Below, one piece after another: positions 50,455 through 60,170 of a DNA stretch of 64,000 nucleotides. This DNA is from an uncultured archaeon (GTDB taxonomy: Archaea; Thermoplasmatota; Thermoplasmata; Thermoplasmatales; Thermoplasmataceae): positions 96,001-160,000 of the forward strand of contig CP009479.1 in assembly GCA_000965745.1 (NCBI GenBank), in the 5' to 3' direction. Below the pieces are notes generated by a model, which saw only the letters and a program-made list of their open reading frames with translations, ran no database searches and was not told the DNA's origin. The translations under genes and the position numbers were made by a program. Each line of letters begins with the position of its first letter. Position 1 is the stretch's first letter.

Positions 50455-51276
50455 ATGGTTCAGAGGAGAAAAAGGCAGCCGGACAGCCTGAGCATCATAT
50501 CGGGCATTTCCGTTTTCCTCCTTTCAATACCAGTCATCATTATCCTCATTTACGGCTTCATTGTTTTCAGGAGCGCCCAGGGCTTCTCCCACACAGTCCT
50601 GCTGTCTATCTCACTGACCCTTGCCTCTTCCGCAACTGCAGCGGCAATAGTTTTCGCTGTTTTTACACCCCTGGCCTATGAGCTTGCACGGAGAAGGAAT
50701 TCGCTTCTAGAGACTGCTTCTGACATTCCGGCTTCAATTCCACACCCTATAATCGGGATTGCACTCCTGATACTTGATTCGCCTATCACTCCTACTGGCA
50801 GATTCCTGAACTACATAGGGATAAATTTCTTCGATACCTTCCAGGGGCTCGTTGCAGCACTGGTGATTGTCTCAGCCCCGGTTTACATCCGTGCCGCACA
50901 GTCATTATTCTCTTCACGCAGGGTGGAGCCTGAGCTACTTGCCTCCTCACTGGGGGCATCACGGCTGAAAGTACTTTACACTGTTGTTGTTGCGGATTCG
51001 CTGCGGGGAGTCATGTCCGCCTCGCTTACTGCCATGAGCAGGGCCATGAGCGAGTTCGGATCCATTGCCATAGTTGCATATTACGTTCTTCAGGCACCCT
51101 TCAGCGGCGTGGAGCCGGCATCCGTGCTGATCTATGAATACTACGGGTATTACGGGCCGCAGGTTGCAGTAACCGTTTCAGCGTTGATGATTCTGATCTC
51201 CATGGCAGTGATTATCGCAATGCGCATAGTCAGCAGGGCAAAACGGAAGTATTCGTCCGGCAGGGTGGTGAGATGA
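50455..51276 (+). CDS. wtpB: Tungstate/molybdate ABC transporter permease
   Basis: DIPASIPHPIIGIALL, ASSLGAS EAA loop, RAMSEFGSI. Confidence 0.82.
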   Translation: MVQRRKRQPDSLSIISGISVFLLSIPVIIILIYGFIVFRSAQGFSHTVLLSISLTLASSATAAAIVFAVFTPLAYELARRRNSLLETASDIPASIPHPIIGIALLILDSPITPTGRFLNYIGINFFDTFQGLVAALVIVSAPVYIRAAQSLFSSRRVEPELLASSLGASRLKVLYTVVVADSLRGVMSASLTAMSRAMSEFGSIAIVAYYVLQAPFSGVEPASVLIYEYYGYYGPQVAVTVSALMILISMAVIIAMRIVSRAKRKYSSGRVVR

Positions 51277-51277
51277 A

Positions 51278-51871
51278 GTGATTGACATCCAGGTTCAATT
51301 CACCAGGGGGGAGTTCTCCCTTGAAGCCTCACTTAAGGATTCCGGGTTTGTTGGGCTTACGGGGGCAAACGGTTCCGGGAAAACAACCCTCCTGCACCTG
51401 GTTGCAGGTGTCGAGGTTCCGGACAGCGGGCGCATAATCGTTGGCAGCCGGGACATAACATTCCTGCCTATCAACGAGAGAAGAGTTGTTTACCTAAATC
51501 CGGAGACCTACTTCGGCCATGTTGATGTGGAAAGGCACCTTGCATGGGGAATCCGCGGCGGAAAAGAGCAGCATGAGGATTCCATAAACGAGATGAAGAG
51601 GGCCCTGGGAATAACATATACAGGAAAAGTATCCGTCCTCAGCCTTGGCCAGAGGGCGAGGGTCATACTAGGCACAGCTATGCTCGCACAGCCTGACCTG
51701 GTTTTGATTGACGAGCTCTTTGCAAACATAAGTGAGGCGGAGAGTGTTGTTGAATATGTGAAGGAGTATGCCGGAGGCGGGGGTTCGGACGTGATTTTCG
51801 TCTCCCAGGAACAGGGGGCACTGAGAGCTGCCGACACCGTCTACAGAATGGAAAATGGCAGAATTGTGTAA
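51278..51871 (+). CDS. wtpC: ABC ATPase of the Mo/W transporter (short form)
   Basis: GANGSGKTT, LSLGQ, VLIDE; 197 aa with no TOBE domain. Confidence 0.8.
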   Translation: MIDIQVQFTRGEFSLEASLKDSGFVGLTGANGSGKTTLLHLVAGVEVPDSGRIIVGSRDITFLPINERRVVYLNPETYFGHVDVERHLAWGIRGGKEQHEDSINEMKRALGITYTGKVSVLSLGQRARVILGTAMLAQPDLVLIDELFANISEAESVVEYVKEYAGGGGSDVIFVSQEQGALRAADTVYRMENGRIV

Positions 51872-51996
51872 TCAATTGCGGTAGTGGGAAATGTTCGGGA
51901 TGCCCTTCCTGTACTGACCTGAACAGGACCTCCGGGCATGGGAAATTCGAAGATCCGATAAAAATTTTAATATATGAGTTGCAATACAATATATTC

Positions 51997-52950
51997 GTGG
52001 AAGATCCAAGAAGGTCGATGATCAAGACCCTTCGTGACCGTCTGGAGTCAAGGGGATTCAGGGTATCGGATCCGGAACTGGAAGGATTTGTCAGCTTCGA
52101 TCTGATTGCCAGGAGAGATTCTGAGCGGTACATACTCAAGGTGCTGCAGAACGTTGACACGTTCAAGAGCATCAATGCGGGCGAGATCATCAGGCTGGCC
52201 AGGATGACTTCATCAGCCGCAATCGTGATTGGCGGAAGGGGAGGAAGCGGCAGCCTGCAGAGGGGTGTAGTCTACTACAGGCACCATGTGCCGATACTTT
52301 CGCTTAAGACCTATCTGGACTACATCGATGGAGATGTGCCGTATGTTTACTCGGGCCCCGGAGGTTTCTACATCCCAATAGACGGCGAAGCAATGAGGTC
52401 CGCCCGTGAGGAAATGGGTTTTTCCATAGGCTTTGTTTCAAACAAGATTGGAACATCTAGAAGATCCATATCCCTCTATGAGTCCGGGAACGCAGCCACT
52501 GTGGATATATTTCTCAAGCTTGAGAACCTTCTCCTGCGTGACATAAGGAGGAGGCTTGACATGCTCAATGTACGCTCGGAAGCACCCATAACGAGCCCGG
52601 CAGAATTTGCCAACAGCTTCATTGAAGAAGTATTCAACATAATGATGCGGGGTGGCTACGATTTCCAGTCCGTGAAGAAGTCCCCATTCGATGCGATAGC
52701 CTACGAGACGCTGGAAACGCTCATGCTTGTCGGCCTCTTCGAAGACATGAGCAGCAGGACAGAGAGGGCTGTAGCGATACGGAACGTGAGCGAGATTTTT
52801 GAGAACATACCGCTGATAATCAGCAAGACGAATACTGACAAGGAACACATTGGCGGGTGCCCAGTGATAAACCTGTCAGAGCTGAGGCATGCACAGGACA
52901 AGAGAGATATAGTAAAAATACTGGTAAAGAAGAACAGATATGACATCTGA
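51997..52950 (+). CDS. Archaeal HTH transcriptional regulator (COG1395-like)
   Basis: SFDLIARR, KVLQNVD, GVVYYRH, GPGGFY, Cro-type HTH (REEMGFSIG...SRRSISLYE), SPFDAI. Confidence 0.85.
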   Translation: MEDPRRSMIKTLRDRLESRGFRVSDPELEGFVSFDLIARRDSERYILKVLQNVDTFKSINAGEIIRLARMTSSAAIVIGGRGGSGSLQRGVVYYRHHVPILSLKTYLDYIDGDVPYVYSGPGGFYIPIDGEAMRSAREEMGFSIGFVSNKIGTSRRSISLYESGNAATVDIFLKLENLLLRDIRRRLDMLNVRSEAPITSPAEFANSFIEEVFNIMMRGGYDFQSVKKSPFDAIAYETLETLMLVGLFEDMSSRTERAVAIRNVSEIFENIPLIISKTNTDKEHIGGCPVINLSELRHAQDKRDIVKILVKKNRYDI

Positions 52951-53587
52951 GTCAACCTACACAATCAACGGTACCAGGGTGACTCTCTTTGGGGGAATAA
53001 AGGGACTAGTATCTGAGGGTGAGGCTCTGAGGCGCGGCCTGATCATAAACAGGCCGGATGTTATTTTAATTACCATATCGGAAGAACATGTTGAAGGGCT
53101 TTCAGAGTTCATGAAAGACCCGTTCGAGATGATCCTTTCCGATTATGAGATAATCTATGGGGTGCACCTTTCCGTTTATGGTGAAGTCATGACTCCGCCC
53201 CCCATATACACTGAAAGCGTAAGGTATGCCGAAGACAACGGGATAGAAATCATCGGCCTGGACATGAACGAGGGCGAGTTTTCAAAGCTTTATTCCAAGA
53301 AAGTTGGAACATTTGCACTGGTGCGCCATTCAGTAAGGAAGAGAAGGCTCATAAAGAAGGAGTTCAAGGATCGGACGCCTGATGAATTCGTGAAATCCTG
53401 GGAAGAAAGGGTGAACAACATAAGGGCCCTGAGAGAGGTTGATCGGATACGCGTGGAGAAGATGGAAAACTCCCTCATGGAACACCTTGAAGGATCGCGA
53501 TGGAAGAATGCATTTGTTGTCGTGGACTTTGAATTCTTTGACCATTTCAACGCTTTCCTGAAAGCTATGCCTTCTGGGAATGAGTGA
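52940..53587 (+). CDS. Hypothetical protein, possibly TraB-like fold
   Basis: 215-aa ORF overlapping the upstream stop; PDVILITIS, IIGLDM, RVEKM pattern. Confidence 0.65.
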   Translation: MTSESTYTINGTRVTLFGGIKGLVSEGEALRRGLIINRPDVILITISEEHVEGLSEFMKDPFEMILSDYEIIYGVHLSVYGEVMTPPPIYTESVRYAEDNGIEIIGLDMNEGEFSKLYSKKVGTFALVRHSVRKRRLIKKEFKDRTPDEFVKSWEERVNNIRALREVDRIRVEKMENSLMEHLEGSRWKNAFVVVDFEFFDHFNAFLKAMPSGNE

Positions 53588-54182
53588 TCCTGCCCTTCCT
53601 CTTTCCAGCGAATATCATGTAGAGTTCGCTGCTTCCCGAACGTGATGCTTTTGGCGTAGTCTTCTTTTTGAACCTGTACTTCCTCGCCCATTCCCTGAAG
53701 AACTCTTCTGTCATGTCCCCCTGGAACTGTTTGACTATGGCCTTTCCATCCTGCTCAAGAAATTCATCCGCGAGTTCCATGACCCTCCTGCATAGCAGGT
53801 ATGACGAAGAGTGGTCAATGTTCCTGTCACCGCTTGTCTTGACCATTGCGTCCGACAGGATAGCATCAAAATGGTCCCTGCCAAGCTCTGCAAGGATCTC
53901 CTTGAGCTTCCCTTCCAGTTCTCTGTTGAAAACGTTGCTCTTTATGAAAATAATGCCGGGGATCGGCTCCATCTTCTCGACGTCTACGGAAACCACGGTC
54001 TCTCCCGTTATTTCCCTGATTATCTGGGTCCAGCCGCCGGGTGAAGAGCCAATCTCCAGGACCAGGTCACCTTCCTGCAGCAGCTCGAATTTTTCCTGTA
54101 TTTCAAGGATCTTGAAGGATGCCCTGCTTCGAAAGCCCGCGTTCTTTGCCTTGTGATAGAACGAGTCTTTTCTCCTGTTCAT
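53565..54182 (-). CDS. rlmE: 23S rRNA Um2552 2'-O-methyltransferase (RlmE/FtsJ)
   Basis: GFRSRASFK, EIGSSPGGW, ILSDA, KQFQG, PKASRSGSSELY. Confidence 0.94.
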   Translation of the reverse strand: MNRRKDSFYHKAKNAGFRSRASFKILEIQEKFELLQEGDLVLEIGSSPGGWTQIIREITGETVVSVDVEKMEPIPGIIFIKSNVFNRELEGKLKEILAELGRDHFDAILSDAMVKTSGDRNIDHSSSYLLCRRVMELADEFLEQDGKAIVKQFQGDMTEEFFREWARKYRFKKKTTPKASRSGSSELYMIFAGKRKGRITHSQKA

Positions 54183-54186
54183 CTGA

Positions 54187-54567
54187 TTAATTTTCGCCTA
54201 TGATCTTCCTGTACTCGGGAGCGGACATTCCCTTCTCCGAGCCCGGGGAATCCAGCTTGATCTTCACAATCCAGTTGCTGTAGCTGTCTTCATTGACGAG
54301 TTCCGGCTTATCCTCCAGCGCACTGTTGACTTCCAGGACTGTTCCTGAGACTGGGGCATAGACATCTTCAGCTGACTTGACCGATTCGATTGTGAGAAGA
54401 ACATCTCCCAGCTTCTTCTTGTCCCCGACAGAGGGGACCTCAATGTAAACAATATCGGTCAGCTGGTTCTGGGCATAATCCGTGACACCAATGGTTGCAA
54501 TGTCTCCTTCAACTTTGAACCACTCGTGGCTTTTCGTATAGTTAAGGTCTTCCGGGACTTTTGACAT
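54187..54567 (-). CDS. gcvH: Glycine cleavage system H protein
   Basis: YTKSHEW, IGVTDYAQ, IESVKSA (lipoyl Lys), YAPVSG, PELVNED. Confidence 0.95.
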   Translation of the reverse strand: MSKVPEDLNYTKSHEWFKVEGDIATIGVTDYAQNQLTDIVYIEVPSVGDKKKLGDVLLTIESVKSAEDVYAPVSGTVLEVNSALEDKPELVNEDSYSNWIVKIKLDSPGSEKGMSAPEYRKIIGEN

Positions 54568-54701
54568 GGTTACGAAATGCTTTGACACTTATAAAAATGA
54601 TTTCTTGTTTTTCAAATTCCATGCTTCCGTTGCTGAATCCACACTTCCCTCTGGACAAAGTAATTGAATGCGGCAATCTTCCGCTGCCTGCAGTCAAAGG
54701 T

Positions 54702-55526
54702 TCACGAATAGTGGGTGAGGGACTTCTGCATCTCCCTGGACTTCTTTCTGTTCGAATGCAGGGGAGCGACATAATTTTCCATGGCTTCAACAATCTCCAT
54801 GGACGAGCCGTTGAGCTCGGGTATGACAATGGATCTCACCGCCCTTTGCTCCGGCACTTCTCTGCACCGGTTGTAGACTGTGCCGTCCACTTTCAGTCCC
54901 ATGTTTTCTATGTCTTCCTTAATCTCCCCGGTCTGTACAAGGCTCAGTTCATCCATTGTTGTAACAATATGGAATCGTGTTTCCTGCATCCTGTCCCAGA
55001 CCCTGTTGGCGAGATTCTTCCATTCCTCCAGTATATTGAAAGTTTTTGATATCCGGAAACGGTTTTTTAATCTGAGGTATATCTTTATGTCCCTGTCGAG
55101 GTGCTCGTAAAATTCCCTTTCCAGGAGCAGAAGATGCATTGTTGATGAAGAAGCTGCCGTGTCCCACACCACATAGTCATACTTCCCGGATTCCTCAAGC
55201 TCGACGATGTTGGCAATCATGAATTCCTCTGCCACACCTGGACTGCTCGCGATATGGTCTATTATCCAGTCTTCAACTTCCACAAACTCCTTCAGAACCG
55301 CTGCGACCTGATCGCCGTAGCGGAACTTCCACCTCCCCGAGACTTCTTTCTCGGAGAGCTCGATAACATCCAGGTTTTCACGCTCCTCCCTGAAAATGTA
55401 CCTGAGTGATGGCATGAAATCGCTTGATACGATAGCCGTCCTGCCCCTCCTGGAGCAATACAGCGCGTATGCTGATGCCACACTGGTCTTTCCCACTCCA
55501 CCCTTTCCAAGGAAGGCGGTTATCAT
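54702..55526 (-). CDS. ArsA/GET3-family ATPase (divergent)
   Basis: GKGGVGKT deviant Walker A, PGVAEE, YDYVVWDTA, VYNR. Confidence 0.85.
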   Translation of the reverse strand: MITAFLGKGGVGKTSVASAYALYCSRRGRTAIVSSDFMPSLRYIFREERENLDVIELSEKEVSGRWKFRYGDQVAAVLKEFVEVEDWIIDHIASSPGVAEEFMIANIVELEESGKYDYVVWDTAASSSTMHLLLLEREFYEHLDRDIKIYLRLKNRFRISKTFNILEEWKNLANRVWDRMQETRFHIVTTMDELSLVQTGEIKEDIENMGLKVDGTVYNRCREVPEQRAVRSIVIPELNGSSMEIVEAMENYVAPLHSNRKKSREMQKSLTHYS

Positions 55527-55636
55527 CGTTAAATTAAATATCAACACGGAGAACTTAATAGTCTAACCTTAAATATTGCAAGTATTGGCGAAAAGCCTGC
55601 GCAAAGTATTTTGCCGGGTGTGGCCTACAATAACCC

Positions 55637-56158
55637 ATGAGGTCCTTTATTGCCGTTTCCATCCAGCCCAACGATGCAATAACTTCTTTGATGAAAGCCA
55701 TTGAACCCCTGAAGGGGTCAAAGGTCCCGCACAACAGGCTTATGCACATGACACTCGCGTTCCTTGACGAGATTTCTGAAGATGAAAAGAACCTGATTTG
55801 CAGCATTTTATCCGGCATAACCTACCAGTCATTTCAGCTCAAAACAACACATGTAGGCGCATTTCCCGACCTCAGGAAAGCCAGGGTTGCGTTCATAGGG
55901 GTGGACTCCCCTGAGGTTGTGCAGCTCCAGAAGATCCTTATGGAAAGGCTTCCTGAAAAGTTCAGGGAAAAAAGGGATTTCGTCCCCCATCTCACTGTCT
56001 CGCGCTTCAAGAGGCCCCCGGACATCAGAGGGCTTATCGGGGAAACAGGGAATGCCGATTTTGGAGACTATAAAGTGGATAAGCTTACACTTTACAGGAG
56101 TGAGCTTACCCCCCAGGGGGCTATTTACACAGAGATCTGCAGCGCTCAGCTGATATAA
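55637..56158 (+). CDS. thpR: RNA 2',3'-cyclic phosphodiesterase (2H family)
   Basis: MRSFIAV, HMTLAFL and PHLTVSR (two HxT motifs), SELTPQGAIY. Confidence 0.93.
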   Translation: MRSFIAVSIQPNDAITSLMKAIEPLKGSKVPHNRLMHMTLAFLDEISEDEKNLICSILSGITYQSFQLKTTHVGAFPDLRKARVAFIGVDSPEVVQLQKILMERLPEKFREKRDFVPHLTVSRFKRPPDIRGLIGETGNADFGDYKVDKLTLYRSELTPQGAIYTEICSAQLI

Positions 56159-56457
56159 TTTGTCCTGTCGCCGTCTTCCTTGGCCTGCTTCGGCTTCAGG
56201 AGGTCCTCATCGCTGAACTCTATTGCGATAAGCCCGGATACAGGAATGAGCCTGAGAAATGACTTTTCGCCTTCCGTTATCCTGAAGCATATTGCCCCTT
56301 CCTCACCGAGAATCGTGTAGCCCACGAATTCCCCTTCTGTCTTCATTGGCTCGTCTCTTCCGCTGTTCGATATAACTACGTATTTTCCCCCTTTTCTTAT
56401 CTCAATCATTTCCATATTCATCATCAACTGTCGAATTAATTTGCTCTCAATTCCCAC
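56146..56457 (-). CDS. Small beta-rich hypothetical protein
   Basis: 103-aa ORF with TEGEFVGYT and LRLIPVSGLIAIEF; start uncertain. Confidence 0.7.
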   Translation of the reverse strand: MGIESKLIRQLMMNMEMIEIRKGGKYVVISNSGRDEPMKTEGEFVGYTILGEEGAICFRITEGEKSFLRLIPVSGLIAIEFSDEDLLKPKQAKEDGDRTNYIS

Positions 56458-56543
56458 GTGAATCTGGTACCTACATTAGTATATTCTTAAAAAAATATTT
56501 CTTTGGGCTATCCGGAATTCAGGGGATGAAAAGGCCTGACTCT

Positions 56544-56990
56544 TCATTGGCCTTTTTCCGCCCTTGCCTTGAGTTCAGATATCCTCTCTACATTCTTCCT
56601 GTAGTTGTCCAGCGCCATCTTTACGTTGACTTCGACCCAGCTCCAGGCCTTGAGGAGATCCCCTGATCTAAGCCTGTACTTCTTCATCTTTCCCTCCTGA
56701 ATCTCTTCAAGCATGTCCATGGATTTCAGCTTGTTCATGTGCCGGTAAAGCGTTGTCCTGCTCGTGTGAAGATATGACATAAGCTCATCTCCTGTCCAGT
56801 AACGGTCGCTGCGCATCAGGAAGCAATCCTTGAACAGCCTGAAATAGGCGGACTTAGAAATGGAATTGAAGTCAGTTTGGATATTGAGCCTGGGAATGTA
56901 CCCGATGTCGGAGAGGAAATAAGCTATGTTTCTGTCAAGATCATCACCGGGATCCCTTGTGGGGCTGGATACAATGGTCATTTTAAACAT
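56544..56990 (-). CDS. Winged-HTH transcriptional regulator
   Basis: WTGDELMSYLHTSRTTLYRHMNKLKSMDMLEE...KKYRLR. Confidence 0.82.
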   Translation of the reverse strand: MFKMTIVSSPTRDPGDDLDRNIAYFLSDIGYIPRLNIQTDFNSISKSAYFRLFKDCFLMRSDRYWTGDELMSYLHTSRTTLYRHMNKLKSMDMLEEIQEGKMKKYRLRSGDLLKAWSWVEVNVKMALDNYRKNVERISELKARAEKGQ

Positions 56991-57142
56991 AGGGAATCCA
57001 AGAGATAGCTACGCTATTTTAATAAAGTTGTTTATCAGAACCTCATGATGTTTATGAGCCGGACATCCTGCAAATACGTGAAAGGCGAAAGAATATTACT
57101 TATAAGCTGCAAGCGATAAACCTGCGGGGAGCAGGAGGAACA

Positions 57143-57838
57143 TTGCCGCTCATAAAATGCAACAGGACCAGTATAGGAAGGGTTGTGCTTGACGGGAGCC
57201 GAACTGAGATTGCAGCCTCCATCTTTGATGATGATTCCGCTTCATTAATGCGCAGCTTTGAAAGCGGAAGAAGGGATTTTTCCACCCTGTATGAGGTCAG
57301 GTACGACCTTTTTTCCAGCAGAAGCGGCAAGGAGCTGCAGAATGTTCTGGATTACCTCAACCACTACGGTGCGGACTACATTTTCACCTTCAGATCGGAG
57401 GATCCTGAATTGCTTTCCCAATACTACGGGATAGCTGCAGATTCCGGTGTCCCCGCAGCTGACATTGAGATCGCCGTGTATGAGGCGATAAGGAACGATG
57501 CGGGCTTCAACACCCTAATGCTCTCGCACCACTCCTATTCCGGGGAGAGCGTTGTGCCTGCCTATGAGGCAATAATGAAACAGGCACCCGATATTGTAAA
57601 ACTGGCTTCAAGATACGATGAGTACAGCTCATTCCAGGACGACTTTCTGAAACTGCAGGAGCTCAAGCAGGACAGCGGAAAATGCATGAGCTACATACCC
57701 ATGGGCCGGCCGAATTCATTCCTGAGGATCATGTCAGCATATGTTCTTTCAGACTTAGTGTATGCAAAGGAATCCGGTGAAACCGGCGAAGGCCAGCTCA
57801 CCGGGGAAGAGTATGCAGGATTCTTCAAACTTTTCTAG
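57143..57838 (+). CDS. aroD: Type I 3-dehydroquinate dehydratase
   Basis: EVRYD, IFTFR, DIE, LSHH, DIVKLA (Schiff-base Lys), IPMG...R, GQL. Confidence 0.8.
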   Translation: MPLIKCNRTSIGRVVLDGSRTEIAASIFDDDSASLMRSFESGRRDFSTLYEVRYDLFSSRSGKELQNVLDYLNHYGADYIFTFRSEDPELLSQYYGIAADSGVPAADIEIAVYEAIRNDAGFNTLMLSHHSYSGESVVPAYEAIMKQAPDIVKLASRYDEYSSFQDDFLKLQELKQDSGKCMSYIPMGRPNSFLRIMSAYVLSDLVYAKESGETGEGQLTGEEYAGFFKLF

Positions 57839-58473
57839 ATCCCCAGGGTCACCAGAACCCCGGCTATGCCCGATACTATAAACTCTATCCCTATTGCCGC
57901 CAGCAGGAGGCCCATTATCCTTGAAATTATGAGTGACCCCGTCTTTCCTATGCGGTTAAGGATATTCATCGAGAACTTGAGTATGAAGAACGCTATTATC
58001 ATTACGACAATAATGGCTATTATAACCGAAAACCTGTCAAGTATTCCGTTGCTCCTGGAATTGAAATATATGATAGCAGTTGTTATGGAGCCTGGACCTG
58101 CAAGCAGCGGCACTCCGATTGGCACTATCCCAACGGCCTCCCTCTCAACGTAGTCCTGCTGTTCGAGCGGGGTCAGCTTAGTCGTTGACAGCTTCCCCTG
58201 AATCATGTCGAAGGCGACCTTGAAAAGGAGTATGCCGCCGGCAATCTTGAAATCTGAAATGTCTATGCCGAGAACGCTGAATATATATTCCCCGAGGAAC
58301 ATGAAGCCCAGAATCATTCCGCCGGCCACCATTATTGCCTTTCTGATGACGCGGTTCAGTTCCTCTCTGGAAAATCCCTCCGTAAGCGCAACCAGAGTCG
58401 GCACTGCCCCTAGTGGGTTGACCAGGGCAAATATTGCCGCAACTACCGTGAGCATGAATATCACCGGGGACAT
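57835..58473 (-). CDS. MarC family membrane protein
   Basis: VNPLGAVP, FKIAGGILL, VPIGVPLLAGPGSIT, SRIMGLLLAAI. Confidence 0.93.
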   Translation of the reverse strand: MSPVIFMLTVVAAIFALVNPLGAVPTLVALTEGFSREELNRVIRKAIMVAGGMILGFMFLGEYIFSVLGIDISDFKIAGGILLFKVAFDMIQGKLSTTKLTPLEQQDYVEREAVGIVPIGVPLLAGPGSITTAIIYFNSRSNGILDRFSVIIAIIVVMIIAFFILKFSMNILNRIGKTGSLIISRIMGLLLAAIGIEFIVSGIAGVLVTLGI

Positions 58474-58579
58474 CGACCCTAGCCATGTTTCGGCCTCTAT
58501 TAATCCTATGCCATAGAGTGTCCATGCCCCATTCAGATTTTCTTAAAACAATATAAATAGAAATTCCTGTTGTAGAACA

Positions 58580-59260
58580 ATGGTCAACGTAAGCTTCCTT
58601 AAGCGTCTCCTCAGTGTGGGGGAGAAAAACGTCCTGAACCAGTTGACTGAATTCACTGATCTCGGCGGAGAGGCGAGTGATCTGCTCAAGATCATGCTTT
58701 CGGCAGAGGACAGCCTTGATCAGCTTAATGACGAGATCAGGGAGGTTGAAAGGAACGGAGACGATGTAGCGATCCGTGTGAAGAGAGATATAACAGGAGG
58801 AGCCATCAGCTCTAACCTGATGGAGAACCTGGTAACTGTCACGGAGACCTTTGATGACATCATTGACAAGGCTTACTTCATCAGCAGGGAACTCAGGAGG
58901 ATGAATCTTTACCACAGGGAGAGAAACGATACGGCCATAGACCTGATTGGAAGCTCGTACGAGATTTTTTCCAGGATGCTTGATCTCATAAAAGAGGCCC
59001 TCTCCTACGTGAAGAGGATGCTGAAGGCCAGCGACATTGACATCATGCGGGGCATCAGGGAGGACATTGAAGTTCTTGAGGAAAAGGGCGACGAGCTCAA
59101 GGACGACCTTATCGATGAAATATACAGGGTTGCCGATTCAATATCGTACCTCGTTTTCACGCACCTGACAGGGGTGGTCCACAAGATTGATGATATGCTT
59201 GACGGCTGCGAGGATATCTCTGACCTCGTTCTCACGATAAACCTCTCTCTTACAAAATGA
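58580..59260 (+). CDS. DUF47/PhoU-like phosphate transport regulator
   Basis: VERNGD and LEEKGD repeats, DDIID, DGCED; coupled to the PiT gene. Confidence 0.88.
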   Translation: MVNVSFLKRLLSVGEKNVLNQLTEFTDLGGEASDLLKIMLSAEDSLDQLNDEIREVERNGDDVAIRVKRDITGGAISSNLMENLVTVTETFDDIIDKAYFISRELRRMNLYHRERNDTAIDLIGSSYEIFSRMLDLIKEALSYVKRMLKASDIDIMRGIREDIEVLEEKGDELKDDLIDEIYRVADSISYLVFTHLTGVVHKIDDMLDGCEDISDLVLTINLSLTK

Positions 59261-60159
59261 TGCTTTACTTCATCCTGGTGGTCATCACCGCCGGAATTCT
59301 TACCGCGTTTGTAGCAGGAAACAACCTTTCAGCGGCCGTTGGTATGGTCATAGGGGGGAGGATAGTCACAAAATCCACAGGACTGGCTATAGGGATCGCA
59401 GGTTTTCTTGCCGGGCTATACCTCCAGGGGGCTGACCTGAGAACCGCTTCGGAAGCACTCCTGCCACATTCGTACAACATCATATTCTATGCACTCCTGA
59501 TCTCCTCGCTTATTTTTGCCATGGCATCCTTTGTGAGGGCGCCGCTTTCACTCATAATGGCCCTGCTTGGTGCGGCTGTGGGGCTATCGCTGCATTACGG
59601 CCACAGCATAGACATTGGTTTTGTGAGGTTCACCGTCCTCACCTGGGTCATTGCGCCGGTCGTATCCATCGCATCAGCATTTGCCCTGAACAGGGCCCTT
59701 ACAAGGCATGAGTTCAAGGATTCCTGGAGAACTGCTGTCATCTTCAAGGTGCTTCTGATCATCGTCTCCTTTTTCACTGCCTTTACCCTTGGGGCAAACA
59801 CCCTTGGCTTTATTGATGAAGTTTCAGGTTCCGGATACCTTGTGCTCGGAAGCATGACGGCAGGGATAATCGTTGGTTCTGTCTTTCTCAGCAGTGGCGT
59901 GATAAAGAGAGTAGGGCAGGAGATATACCTCATGAGGTACACGAATGCCTTTTCCGCCCTCTTCGTTTCGTCCATGATTGTAGAGGCTGCCACATTCTTC
60001 GGGATACCCGTCTCAAACACGCAGACCCTGACATCAAGCGTTTTCGGGACGGGAATATCATATAAGTTCAAGGCAATATACCTGAGGCCGTTCCTTATGA
60101 TAGTTATAACATGGGCCATATCCCCGGTTGCGGGATTTGTTCTCGGCTGGATAATATGA
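59257..60159 (+). CDS. Inorganic phosphate transporter (PiT family)
   Basis: AGNNLS and GANT signatures, GIPVSNTQ, ITWAISP. Confidence 0.88.
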   Translation: MMLYFILVVITAGILTAFVAGNNLSAAVGMVIGGRIVTKSTGLAIGIAGFLAGLYLQGADLRTASEALLPHSYNIIFYALLISSLIFAMASFVRAPLSLIMALLGAAVGLSLHYGHSIDIGFVRFTVLTWVIAPVVSIASAFALNRALTRHEFKDSWRTAVIFKVLLIIVSFFTAFTLGANTLGFIDEVSGSGYLVLGSMTAGIIVGSVFLSSGVIKRVGQEIYLMRYTNAFSALFVSSMIVEAATFFGIPVSNTQTLTSSVFGTGISYKFKAIYLRPFLMIVITWAISPVAGFVLGWII

Positions 60160-60170
60160 AAAAATAGGTT

